35,670 nt of DNA from an uncultured Clostridium sp. (GCA_946497905.1 CAMMMI010000003.1:1-35670); one strand, 5' to 3'; counted from the first letter of the stretch, positions 1 through 9,000 are shown. Program-made: numbers and translations. Notes: generated by a model not told the origin, from the letters alone.

Positions 1-1472
1 CAAAACTTACAATTTCTTTTATGTATTTTATTAATTCTTTTTCTTTTGTATTTTCATAATCTTGTAATTTTACATTTAAATTTTCTGTTTTTTGTATTAA
101 CTCTTTTTGCTCTTTTTTATAATTTTCTGAATATGTAACAAATTCTTTCGTATTTATTATTCCGTTTACTCTATCTTCGTAAGCTGTTTTTAGTATTTTG
201 TTAATTTGATTAATTCTTTTTTTATTATCTATAATTCTTTTTTCTATTTTCTTTTTTTCTATATTTATACTACTTTTGTCTATTGAATTTATAAGCTTTT
301 CTTTATCTATTTTCTCTTGCAAATTTTTTCTTAAATCTTCTACTACAACCTTATTCAAAACACTTTCCCTTATTGCTCTTCTTGTGCAATAATCTTTTCC
401 ATATCTATTATACATGCTGCAAATTGCAACCATATCGTCTTTTAACCCACATTGTTTTTGATATGTATATTTATTATGACATATTGGACAATATAACAAT
501 CCTGCTAATAAATGTTCTGTATTTTCTTGGCGGCGAATATTATGTGCTTTTCTTTTTATAATATCTTGTGCTAATTCAAATGTTTTTTTGTCAATTATTG
601 CTTCATGAGCATTTTCTTTAATTAAATATTCTGATTTTGGAAGTAGCCTATATTTTTTTACTTTATAACTTACCATCTCACCTCTATGTTGTATCAAATC
701 TCCTGTATATACTTTATTTGTTAATATAGATTTTATTGTATTGTGTCCCCATAAATTGCTAATGGATTTACAATGATATCTTGAGTTTCTTTGTTTATAT
801 ACAGATGGGCAATCTATTTTTCTTTCATTTAATCTATGTGCTATATATGCTAAACCTTTTCCATTTATATATTCATTAAATATGTATTTAACTACCTCTG
901 CTGGTTCTTCATCTATAATTAGTTTGGTAATATCATTTGGATGTTTTTTATATCCATATGGTGCAAATGCTCCAATAAATTCTCCTTTTTGGGCTTTTGT
1001 TCTTTTTACAGTTCTTACTTTTTTTGAAATATCTTTTGCATACATATCATTTACTACTGCTAAAAATGGTCCTATGTCGTTATGGCCTGTTTTTGAAAAT
1101 GTATCTACTCCATCATTTACTGCAATATACCTAATATTTCTTGCAGGAAAATAGTTTTCTGTGTAATAGCCAACTTGTATATAATCTCTTCCTAAACGTG
1201 ATAAATCTTTTGTTATTACTAAATCTATTTTTCCTGCATTTACATCATTTATTAATCTTATAAAATCTGGTCTATTAAAATTTGTGCCTGTATATCCATC
1301 ATCTATGTATATATCTACTAAAAACCAGTTTGAATGTTTTCCAATATATTCGCTCAAGAAAATTTTTTGATTTTTTATACTTTCGGATTCTGTTTTTGAG
1401 TCATCATCTCTTGATAATCTTAAGTACATTCCGTACTTTGTAAGTTTTACTTTCAATTATACTTGTTTCCAT
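1..1472 (-). CDS. Large serine recombinase (resolvase, recombinase and Zn-ribbon domains), 3' end off-window; +1 shift at CGG 1431-1433
   Basis: Hand translation: METSIIESKTYKV-[C]-GMYLRLSRDDDSKTESESIKNQK...YIDDGYTGTNFNRPDF...VITKDLSRLGRDY...APYGY...LFCPIC. SD GAAAGGAG precedes ATG 1472. Absent from the ORF track because it runs off the edge. Confidence 0.93.
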
Positions 1473-1535
1473 ATTGTTAAATTTTCTCCTTTCTCATAGT
1501 ACATCATTATTACTATGTCTGTTATGAGAAACAAG

Positions 1536-1676
1536 TTATTTATGATTTTGTGTTTTGAATTCTAGCTCTTCGTTCTCTTTGTTGCAAGTCTTTTCTTGTA
1601 AATATATTGGAAGTAATATTTCCATTAGTTCTTGCAATGTTTTTCCTTCGTTTGAATAACTTCTTACTACATTCAT
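1536..1676 (-). CDS. 46-aa protein directly upstream of the recombinase (candidate recombination directionality factor)
   Basis: MNVVRSYSNEGKTLQELMEILLPIYLQEKTCNKENEELEFKTQNHK with SD GAGGTGG. Function inferred from position only. Confidence 0.6.
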   Translation of the reverse strand: MNVVRSYSNEGKTLQELMEILLPIYLQEKTCNKENEELEFKTQNHK

Positions 1677-1728
1677 GTCCACCTCTTTCTTTTTTAATGT
1701 ATATGTTAAGACATATGATTTATTACTT

Positions 1729-1760
1729 AAAAAAATAGATATAGATTATTCTATATCTGT
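1729..1760 (-). terminator. Intrinsic terminator after the HAD gene
   Basis: Hairpin agatataga-ttat-tctatatct followed by a T-run on the minus strand. Confidence 0.6.
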
Positions 1761-1779
1761 TACAAGCAATCGTATTTTA

Positions 1780-2442
1780 TTAAATAATATCTAATAATTC
1801 TTTCATTGATCTTATTTTATAATCTGGCTCTATTAAAACTTCTTCTTTTTTCTTCCATTTGTTATTTATATCTTGCTGATACCATATAGTTTTTACACCT
1901 AATACTTTTACTCCTAATAAATCTTCTAGTAGTTCATCACTTACAAATGCTATTTTTTGGTATTCTTCTTTTGGAATTTCTTCAAATGCTTTTATATATA
2001 CTTTTAAATTTGGTTTTCTTTCTTTTACTTCTTCTGAAATAACTACTTTTTTAAAATATTTCCTTATATCTTCACGTTTTAAAATATATTCAACATTCCT
2101 AATAGAATTATTACTTATAATTCCTAGATAATAACCTTTTTCGTATAATTTAACAATAGTCTCTCTCGTCTCGCCATCTAAAATATGAGATTCTAATAAT
2201 AGCATATCAATTTTTTTTAAATCTTCTTCTGTTATATTTAAGATTGATGATAAATCTTTATATATTTCTTTTTCTGTAACTTTTCCTAGAGAGTTTAAAA
2301 TTTGATAGTTTTTCCATTTTCTAAATATATCATCCCATTTTAAATTATATTTTTCTAATATTTTATTTATTTTATCATCAACATTTTCAAATTTACTGAT
2401 TAATGTATATCCCCAATCAAAAAATATATATTTATATTTCAT
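1780..2442 (-). CDS. HAD-superfamily hydrolase
   Basis: Motif I FFDWGYTL, motif II IISN, RKP, and FVSDELLEDL. Confidence 0.88.
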   Translation of the reverse strand: MKYKYIFFDWGYTLISKFENVDDKINKILEKYNLKWDDIFRKWKNYQILNSLGKVTEKEIYKDLSSILNITEEDLKKIDMLLLESHILDGETRETIVKLYEKGYYLGIISNNSIRNVEYILKREDIRKYFKKVVISEEVKERKPNLKVYIKAFEEIPKEEYQKIAFVSDELLEDLLGVKVLGVKTIWYQQDINNKWKKKEEVLIEPDYKIRSMKELLDII

Positions 2443-2443
2443 C

Positions 2444-2824
2444 TTATCTTTCTTCTCCTTTATCTTTTATATTATTTATTTCTTCAATAATCTCATATTC
2501 GAAAAATCTTTCTTGAAATTCTACTAATGCTTCAATTTGTTGTTTAGTATATATCTTTTCTTCAGGAGCAATCACTAATTTATCGTCATCATCATCCAAT
2601 CTATGTATTGCAGCTATACATTTTCCTTCATATTCTTTTAGTGGTTCAAATATTCCTACTATATATGCATCTAACTCTTCGCCATCTCCACTAATTGTAT
2701 TCGGAACATACCCATAATTAATTGGATATATAAAATTCCATTTAGGATGTTTTGAGCCCATTGGTCTATCCATAACAACTTTGACTTTCTTACCTAAAAA
2801 ATCTTTATAACTTACTTTTTCCAT
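2444..2824 (-). CDS. ppa: Small family I inorganic pyrophosphatase
   Basis: YPINYGYVPNTISGDGEELDAY and DDDDDKL motifs. Start set at ATG 2824 after SD AGGAG. Confidence 0.85.
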   Translation of the reverse strand: MEKVSYKDFLGKKVKVVMDRPMGSKHPKWNFIYPINYGYVPNTISGDGEELDAYIVGIFEPLKEYEGKCIAAIHRLDDDDDKLVIAPEEKIYTKQQIEALVEFQERFFEYEIIEEINNIKDKGEER

Positions 2825-2838
2825 ATATAATATTTCTC

Positions 2839-3471
2839 CTAACATAATTTTATTTGTTCTAAATTTATTAACCTATTTTCTCTAAAAATCATTTTTAATA
2901 AGCAAGGTGATGTTATATCTAAAACCTCATCGTTATATACTAATTTAACATCCTCGTTTACTTCACACCAATTTAATAGAAAAAATTTTATTGAGCCACC
3001 ATGACTTACTACTGCAATTTTCTGTCCTTCATATTCTTTTAAAATTCTATTGAAAAAATTAGTCATCCTCTGTTTTGTATCTTCTGCACTTTCTCCGTCA
3101 GATGTTTTAAATTGTCTATCTAATAATTGTTCTTGAGAAGGATCTCTTGTTTTTTTATCTTTCATGAATTCGCCTAACTCTTTTAAATTTCCTAGTTTTC
3201 TTTCACTTAAGTTACTATCTAAATTAATAGGCAAATTATTTATGTTTGCAATATATTTCGCAGTAGCTTTTGCTCTTGTATAACTGCTTGACCATATTAT
3301 ATCAATATTATTTAATTCTTTATTTTCACTTAATTTTTTAGATTGCTCTTCTCCATATACAGATAATATTTCTTTTTCGTTAATTATTTGAGGTTCTTCG
3401 TTTGTATTTCTAATTCCATTCTCCTCAATTGTTTGGGCATGTCTAATTAGATATATTATAGTATCTTTCAT
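2839..3471 (-). CDS. Histidine phosphatase (phosphoglycerate mutase family)
   Basis: LIRHA, SSSYTRAKATA, LSERKLG, GES and VVSHGG motifs. Confidence 0.9.
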   Translation of the reverse strand: MKDTIIYLIRHAQTIEENGIRNTNEEPQIINEKEILSVYGEEQSKKLSENKELNNIDIIWSSSYTRAKATAKYIANINNLPINLDSNLSERKLGNLKELGEFMKDKKTRDPSQEQLLDRQFKTSDGESAEDTKQRMTNFFNRILKEYEGQKIAVVSHGGSIKFFLLNWCEVNEDVKLVYNDEVLDITSPCLLKMIFRENRLINLEQIKLC

Positions 3472-3586
3472 TTTTAACAACTCCACAACATATTATTTTA
3501 TCAATTTTTATTTTTTCAAATTCTTCTAGTACTTCATTCAGTGCCACAATATTACTATGTATATCTGTTATTATTCCTAATTTCAT
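3443..3586 (-). pseudogene. Truncated metallophosphoesterase (N-terminal fragment)
   Basis: MKLGIITDIHSNIVALNEVLEEFEKIKIDKIICCG then loses similarity exactly where the GD motif should continue. Good SD (AGGAGAGG). Confidence 0.75.
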
Positions 3587-3604
3587 ATATAGCCTCTCCT
3601 AATA

Positions 3605-4306
3605 TCATTTTCTAAAATCTTTATTTAATTCTTTTTCCTCTTCTAAATTTCTTTTTTCTTCATCAACATACTCTAAAAAAATCTTATTATTAAATGTCCC
3701 TTTTCTTTCTGCTTTAGATTTCATAACTTTTTTTACTTCTTCCATATTGTAACCTTTTAATTTCATTATTGCCTTTATAACTTCTATTAGATCTCCAAGT
3801 TCTTCTATGCTATTTTCTTCTATAAACTCATTAGCTTCTTCTAAAACTTTTTTATTTAATTCTTTTAAATATTCTTCATCATTTAAAATTCTGTATTTAC
3901 ATTTTCTACCTGGTTCACTATCAATATCTTCAGGAATTTTATCTCTAACTAATTTATTATAAGTGTATCTAAAACTATTACTTAATAAATCAATTTTTAT
4001 TCCTACAACACCATATTCTTTTTCTTGTTCTTTTGAATAATATTGATACATTGATTTTGTCTTTCTTTCTATTTCATCTTCATCTGTAAAAATCTTTTTA
4101 AATAAATTTTCAAATGTTTTATCTCTGTATATATCTAATACATCTACCAATATTTTTTCTTGTAAATCTGGCAATTTTGAAAATTCTATTTTATCGCCGA
4201 TTTTTACTTTTTTCCTTTTTTCATCATATAATCTAAATTCTATTGTTTTTGTTCCATTTTTTATTCTTTCAAATGGACTTTCATTTAATTTCATTTTATG
4301 AATCAT
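3605..4306 (-). CDS. ASCH domain fused to MazG-like nucleoside triphosphate pyrophosphohydrolase
   Basis: N-terminal FERIKNGTKTIEFRLYD (ASCH GxKxxExR). C-terminal YNKLVRDKIPE...KVLEEANE...EELGDLIEV. Confidence 0.85.
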   Translation of the reverse strand: MIHKMKLNESPFERIKNGTKTIEFRLYDEKRKKVKIGDKIEFSKLPDLQEKILVDVLDIYRDKTFENLFKKIFTDEDEIERKTKSMYQYYSKEQEKEYGVVGIKIDLLSNSFRYTYNKLVRDKIPEDIDSEPGRKCKYRILNDEEYLKELNKKVLEEANEFIEENSIEELGDLIEVIKAIMKLKGYNMEEVKKVMKSKAERKGTFNNKIFLEYVDEEKRNLEEEKELNKDFRK

Positions 4307-4345
4307 ATTTTTTACCTCTTTTCTTAACTTTTATAAATTATACTA

Positions 4346-4374
4346 ATTATATAATTTATAAATTACTATTGCAA
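4346..4374 (-). promoter_or_regulatory. SigA-type promoter of the cargo operon
   Basis: TTGCAA-17 nt-TATAAT upstream of the ASCH gene. Confidence 0.7.
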
Positions 4375-4396
4375 TACCATTTTGCCTTAATCTCAA

Positions 4397-4428
4397 TAAA
4401 AAAGACTACTAACCTAAATTAGTAATCC
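4397..4428 (-). terminator. Intrinsic terminator just inside the element, downstream of the truncated deacetylase ORF
   Basis: GGATTACTAA-tttagg-TTAGTAGTC followed by TTTTTT. Confidence 0.65.
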
Positions 4429-4474
4429 ATTCCAAAATCCTAAAATAACTTGTTTTTAATTTCTATCCTAAAGG

Positions 4475-4496
4475 GAATTGTTACCATGCACAATTC
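4475..4496. other. Candidate att junction of the serine recombinase element
   Basis: Inverted repeat GAATTGT-taccatgc-ACAATTC centred on the last sense codon (Trp) of the truncated ORF. Confidence 0.55.
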
Positions 4497-4681
4497 ATTG
4501 TAAATGCTACTTTATTTTCATTTGTCTGTACATTATAAATTGGTAATAATTTTGTATTATTCGCTGATGTTTCTACAGTATCACTGTCTTTCATTGTTGT
4601 TGCTAGTCCTAAAAGCAATACAATCGTTATTACAGATACTAAATATGCATATATTTTTTCTTTGTTAAATATTAAAAACAT
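4481..4681 (-). pseudogene. pdaB: 5' part of a sporulation polysaccharide deacetylase (PdaB-like), interrupted
   Basis: N-terminal TM helix, then LPIYNVQTNENKVAFTMNCAW* matching the start of the NodB domain (PIYxVxT..K.VALTFDxxW). Stops at the first catalytic motif. Confidence 0.7.
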
Positions 4682-4705
4682 AAAAAAACCTCCAAGTTAA
4701 AGCTA

Positions 4706-4735
4706 TTTAATTTTATGCTTTATTTTGAGGTTTCA
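4706..4735 (-). promoter_or_regulatory. Possible SigE-type mother-cell promoter
   Basis: gtaATG-16 nt-CATAAAAT upstream of the pdaB-like ORF. Weak evidence in AT-rich DNA. Confidence 0.35.
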
Positions 4736-4754
4736 TTACTAATTTTTTATAATT

Positions 4755-5552
4755 TTAGTTTTCATTTTTTATATATTCTATATATTCTTCTAAACACATA
4801 CCTAACTCATTAATCTTTTTGGCATGTTCTTGTCCAACATATCTCCAATGCCAAGGTTCATATAATATTTTTGTTATATTTTCTTTTTCTTTAGAGTATC
4901 TTAATATAAATCCATATTCTTGTGCATATTGTTTCAACCATGTAAAAGCCTTTGTTTTTTCGAAACTTTCATCTACATAATTGAAGTCTACTGCTAGTCC
5001 TAAATTATGTTCGCTTTGTCCTGCTTTGGCTAATTGTTTTTCTGTTAATATCTGGGCTTGTTCTTGATTATTTCCTTGTCTTAAATACTTATTTATACTA
5101 TTATCATATAATTGTTGTTGATATTCTATAGTTCTATATGCTGATTGTACCCATATATTATTTATTCCAGAATTTCTCATTGTTAATATCATATTATTTA
5201 AATCATTTATTGCTCTTTTATCAAATTTTCTTGTTTTATCTATGTCAGCTAATTCAATTTGATAGTTTTCTGGTAGTGGATTTTCACTATTTACCAGTAT
5301 TATTTTCCAATCATTAAGTTTATTATTTTCAGTAGCTGATGAATTGTTTTCTTTTTCTATATTTTCTGTTGTATCTATAATAGTATCCTCATTTTTATAA
5401 TTTTGTGTATCTGTTTTTTCTGCTTCGGTAGATACTTGCATTGTTTGCTGGCTTTCCTTATTTATTTGTTTACTATTTTTTATTATAAAAAGATATGATA
5501 TTATTACAAGTATTAATATTAAAACTACTATTACTAATATTACTTTTTTCAT
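4755..5552 (-). CDS. Membrane-anchored M15B D-Ala-D-Ala carboxypeptidase (VanY/LdcB-like)
   Basis: SAYR, SEHNLGLAVD, YGFILRY and EPWHWRYVG motifs; N-terminal TM helix. Confidence 0.9.
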   Translation of the reverse strand: MKKVILVIVVLILILVIISYLFIIKNSKQINKESQQTMQVSTEAEKTDTQNYKNEDTIIDTTENIEKENNSSATENNKLNDWKIILVNSENPLPENYQIELADIDKTRKFDKRAINDLNNMILTMRNSGINNIWVQSAYRTIEYQQQLYDNSINKYLRQGNNQEQAQILTEKQLAKAGQSEHNLGLAVDFNYVDESFEKTKAFTWLKQYAQEYGFILRYSKEKENITKILYEPWHWRYVGQEHAKKINELGMCLEEYIEYIKNEN

Positions 5553-5562
5553 TTATTTCACC

Positions 5563-6666
5563 TTATATATTTTTTATTGATTTTTCTGTTTTATAATAAT
5601 TATAACTATATCCGCCTATTATTTCTCCTGTTGTTACATCAATATAATATGAATAATATTTATTTTTTTCTTCATTTTCACTTTTTGGTATATTGTATTC
5701 TAAACATACAACCCACACTAATCTTACTTTATTATCTGTTTCATAGTATATATATTGCTCTCCTTCTTTTGGAATTTCTTCTCCTCTTTCTTTTTTATAT
5801 ACTTCACTATTCATTTTTTCAATTCTTTTTTCTGCCTGAATATTAGTTATATTATTTTCACCTTGTATTTGTAAGTGTTTATTAGTTGCTATTTGTATTG
5901 CTTGTTCTTTTGATATCTCTTCTGGATTATTTTCAAATTTGTTATTTTCTATACAGAAATAGTACAATTCATTTATTTTTGGAATCCAAGCTACTGAGAT
6001 TGTTTCATATGGATTTAATAAATCATTATACTTTTTATAAAAGGTTGCATACCATATATACACATCTTTTTCATTTTCTGCATTACCATTTATTTTTATT
6101 AATTCATATTCTGAATTATCTAGTTTATATTTATTACACATTTCCTTTGCTACTTCTATTGCCTCTTCTTTTGTTGAACGATTATTTACGATGTCTTTCC
6201 CTGTTGTTGATGAATAAATTTCTTTAAAGTCTCCTGTATTTCCGTCTATACTTATGCTTACAGGACTATTAGTGTATAATAACCATTCATTTTCGTTGTC
6301 TTTAAAACTTTTACTTAAAAAACTTTTCTTTATTTCTAAATTAGTATATTCAAATTTTTGCAATATTTCATTTCCTTTTTCTACCGCTTCTTCTTGGCTA
6401 ATACATTCTTTTTTGTCTTCTTCCGTTATTTCCATATTGAATGTGTATTTTTGTGGTTCTTTCCAAATTGCTTTGTATCCTTGTGTTGTTGCATATACTA
6501 AACCTGCAGATATTCCAATTGTTATTATAAATGTTGCTACTAGCTTTAATACATTTTGATTGGTATTTTTGAATTTTATATTGTAAAATTCTTCTTTAAT
6601 TTTACTAGTTTTTTGTTCTTTATATTTTTGATATATTTCATTCAGATATTGTTTATCAGATATCAT
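5563..6666 (-). CDS. Putative anti-sigma factor with extracellular PepSY-like repeats
   Basis: Overlaps the ECF sigma gene. Single TM helix, ISQEEAVEK/ISKEQAIQIA repeats, C-terminal YYIDVTTGEIIG. Confidence 0.7.
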   Translation of the reverse strand: MISDKQYLNEIYQKYKEQKTSKIKEEFYNIKFKNTNQNVLKLVATFIITIGISAGLVYATTQGYKAIWKEPQKYTFNMEITEEDKKECISQEEAVEKGNEILQKFEYTNLEIKKSFLSKSFKDNENEWLLYTNSPVSISIDGNTGDFKEIYSSTTGKDIVNNRSTKEEAIEVAKEMCNKYKLDNSEYELIKINGNAENEKDVYIWYATFYKKYNDLLNPYETISVAWIPKINELYYFCIENNKFENNPEEISKEQAIQIATNKHLQIQGENNITNIQAEKRIEKMNSEVYKKERGEEIPKEGEQYIYYETDNKVRLVWVVCLEYNIPKSENEEKNKYYSYYIDVTTGEIIGGYSYNYYKTEKSIKNI

Positions 6667-7213
6667 ATGTGTATCCCTCACTTTCTAATAATTGTTTTAG
6701 TTTCTTTTTTGCTCTATGTAATAATCCTTTAACTTGTGCTATGCTTTTATCCATTATCTTAGCGGTTTCCTTATATTTAAATCCTTGAAAAATTGTTAAA
6801 TAAATTATTTCTTGATATTCTGGTTTTAGCTTTTTTATCATTTTCTTTATATTCTGATTTTCTTCATTTTTAAAAACTATTTCTTCTAAATTATTGTCTT
6901 CTATACATAAGTTTTCATATTGTAGAATGTTAGTTACTCTTTTTTCTTTTTTTATATAATTTATTGCTCTACATTTTGCTATCATATATAAATATGTTTT
7001 AAATGTATATTTAAAATCGTATTGTTCTTTATTTAATAGTACATATACAAAAACATCTTGTGATATGTCTTCTGCTATTTGTGTATTTTTTGTATATGTT
7101 GAAATGAAGTATATTATTTGTTCTTTGTATTTTAATACTAGACTGTCAAATGCTTTATTGTCTCCGTTTAAATATTTTTTATATAGTTTTTTATCTGTTA
7201 GTTCATTTTGCAT
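6656..7213 (-). CDS. ECF RNA polymerase sigma factor
   Basis: AEDISQDVF, FKTYLYMIAK and region 4 (GFKYKETAKIM...VKGLLHRAKKKL). SD GGAGG before ATG 7213. Confidence 0.9.
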   Translation of the reverse strand: MQNELTDKKLYKKYLNGDNKAFDSLVLKYKEQIIYFISTYTKNTQIAEDISQDVFVYVLLNKEQYDFKYTFKTYLYMIAKCRAINYIKKEKRVTNILQYENLCIEDNNLEEIVFKNEENQNIKKMIKKLKPEYQEIIYLTIFQGFKYKETAKIMDKSIAQVKGLLHRAKKKLKQLLESEGYTYDI

Positions 7214-7422
7214 TGTTTTCCTCCATTTTGTTTTGGTGCTTAAATCTTTGATTATTTTTAATTTCATATATTATACAATTTATATTAGTATTTTGTTCTG
7301 TTTTAAAACAAATTTGAAAGTTTTAACATTTGAACATTTTTTATATTCCTCTTTGACTTTCCGTAAATTTGTTCTGTGCTAATTTTATGTTAGTAAAATT
7401 GTGTTCATCTGTATTGTGTGGC

Positions 7423-7533
7423 ATTTTTTATACAATAGAAAAAGGTAACTTCTTTTGAAAATAAAAATTGTTTATTTTCACTTTGAGCCTAAGTAACTTA
7501 AAGTTTCATATTGTTTCCTATTGTATAAAAAAT
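7423..7533. repeat. 111-bp element bounded by perfect 16-bp inverted repeats
   Basis: ATTTTTTATACAATAG (7423-7438) and CTATTGTATAAAAAAT (7518-7533), with an internal hairpin tgaaaataaa/tttattttca. Confidence 0.6.
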
Positions 7534-7592
7534 CAAAATAGGATAACATATTATAAAATGCTATCCTACTTATAATTTTATTTACTATTCAA

Positions 7593-7973
7593 TTAATAAT
7601 ATTCATTATAATAACTACTCCAATCATCATAATACGTGCTATCTACGGCATCATTATAAATTGATATTACACTCATTACTAATACTGCAATTATTATGAT
7701 TGTTAAAAGTATTCCTATTCCTCCTGTTATCACCCCTGATAGTGCCATCCCTCTATTTGTTGATTTTAATGCCATTGCTCCAAATATAATTGCTAATATT
7801 CCACAAGGTATAGAAATATACCATATAAGGCATAAAACAATAGCTACAATTCCTAATATCATGGCGGCTATAGCCATTCCTTTTTTGTCTTTTGGCTTTT
7901 CTATATGTTCTACATTATTTGTTAGATTATCTTGTATTTTTTCTGTTTCTATAAATTCTTTATTTTCTTCCAT
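7593..7973 (-). CDS. DUF4190-like membrane protein
   Basis: KGMAIAAMILGIVAI...ILAIIFG...GRGMA-like/ALSGVITG pattern. SD AAGGAGGG before ATG 7973. Confidence 0.75.
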   Translation of the reverse strand: MEENKEFIETEKIQDNLTNNVEHIEKPKDKKGMAIAAMILGIVAIVLCLIWYISIPCGILAIIFGAMALKSTNRGMALSGVITGGIGILLTIIIIAVLVMSVISIYNDAVDSTYYDDWSSYYNEYY

Positions 7974-8151
7974 TTTTATCCCCTCCTTATGTATTTTATT
8001 ATACCATATATTCATATAAATTGCAATAATTGTGCATAATTGCATTTTTTATTCTATTTTTGATTTTTTTTGATTTTTTTCAACATTATCATTTTTTGTC
8101 ATATTATATATTAAACAACGAAATGTTGTAAGATGGAAAGGATTGATTTAA

Positions 8152-8280
8152 ATGGATATGAATAATCATAAACCAATGTGTCCAATTTTAGACATTGATG
8201 GTGTAATCTCAGGAGGAAAACAATTTGATCTTGATATTACTTTACCAGATGTTAATAGAAAAAAGTACTATTTATTATAA
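8152..8280 (+). pseudogene. Short ORF with strong SD, probably the 5' part of a host gene cut by the prophage
   Basis: GAAAGGA SD. MDMNNHKPMCPILDIDGVISGGKQFDLDITLPDVNR-KKYYLL* runs head-on into the last prophage ORF. CATA-N3-TA element at 8100-8108. Confidence 0.45.
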
Positions 8281-8405
8281 TATTTAAAACAGTTTATCAT
8301 ACCTTTTCTATAAGCATAGTAAAATAAGTTACCAAATATTTTTATTATAATCCTTTCTATAAAATTTAGCTCTTTCATTACTTCATCTAATACTACATCT
8401 TTCAT
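8268..8405 (-). CDS. Small hypothetical protein at the prophage end
   Basis: SD AAAGGAG before MKDVVLDEVMKELNFIERIIIKIF... Confidence 0.6.
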   Translation of the reverse strand: MKDVVLDEVMKELNFIERIIIKIFGNLFYYAYRKGMINCFKYYNK

Positions 8406-8499
8406 TTCATCTACTCCTTTTCTTTTGAATACATGTATTCTACAATATTCGACATTTTTCATGTCAGTGTCCACTGTTTATTTTTTATTATGAATTTCA

Positions 8500-8513
8500 T
8501 TCACTATGGTGGA
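8500..8513. promoter_or_regulatory. Palindromic operator, copy 2 (TTCAC-TATG-GTGGA)
   Basis: 13/14 identical to the palindrome at 8825-8838. Confidence 0.55.
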
Positions 8514-8569
8514 TATTTTATGAAACATGCATTTTCTTTTATGAAAATAAAAAATAGCACTTTTTAGTG

Positions 8570-8771
8570 CTACGGTATTATTCTATATAATTCATCTATT
8601 TTTATGTTTAATGCTTGTGCTATTCTTACAGCTACAGACAAAGACGGCTCTTTTTCGTTTTTTTCAATATAGTTTAAATGTGAACTTGAAATTCCTGTTA
8701 ATCTTGATAGTTGTTCTAAACTATAACCGTTTTTCTTTTCTTATTTTTCTTAATAATATCTCTATTCTCAT
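8570..8771 (-). CDS. XRE-family HTH regulator, 66 aa; +1 shift at CGG 8727-8729
   Basis: MRIEILLRKIRKEK-[C]-GYSLEQLSRLTGISSSHLNYIEKNEKEPSLSVAVRIAQALNIKIDELYRIIP. SD AAGGTGG. Missed by the ORF track. Confidence 0.85.
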
Positions 8772-8824
8772 ATATTTCCACCTTGTCTTTAGTATATCCA
8801 ATTTTTTATATAACATACTTTTTA

Positions 8825-8838
8825 TCCACTATGGTGGA
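8825..8838. promoter_or_regulatory. Palindromic operator, copy 1 (TCCAC-TATG-GTGGA)
   Basis: Perfect 5-bp inverted arms upstream of the XRE gene. Confidence 0.55.
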
Positions 8839-9000
8839 AAAGTGCAATTTTCTTATACGAAAATAAAAAAGAAGCCACAAATGACTTCTTTTCCTCACGT
8901 TATTGAGTTAACTCTTTTATAAATATATTTGTTAATTATATTATAGCATGTTTTATTGAAAATGTTTATTGAAATTTGTCGAAAAGAAAAGGAACTATGA

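Larger units (their letters stand above)
1..4485. mobile_element. Serine-recombinase integrative element (skin-like) interrupting a pdaB-like gene; left end lies outside the window
   Basis: Large serine recombinase, small upstream ORF and cargo operon with its own promoter. The right boundary coincides with abrupt truncation of a deacetylase ORF at an inverted repeat (4475-4496). Confidence 0.7.

Noticed and set aside
1345-1356. Possible second frameshift at GAG-CGA-A in the recombinase
   Set aside because: On recounting, the frame reads TTG AGC GAA TAT (LSEY), so there is no shift. CGA is also used in frame as Arg elsewhere (Com-like KGRNC, tape measure PGRIEE).
3443-3586. Metallophosphoesterase break as another recoding site
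   Set aside because: No CGG and no continuation in any frame; it looks like a simple deletion.
1529-4455. 13-bp inverted match aaacaagttattt (1529-1541) / aaataacttgttt (4443-4455) as invertible-segment ends
   Set aside because: Short and AT-rich, so plausible by chance; no other support.
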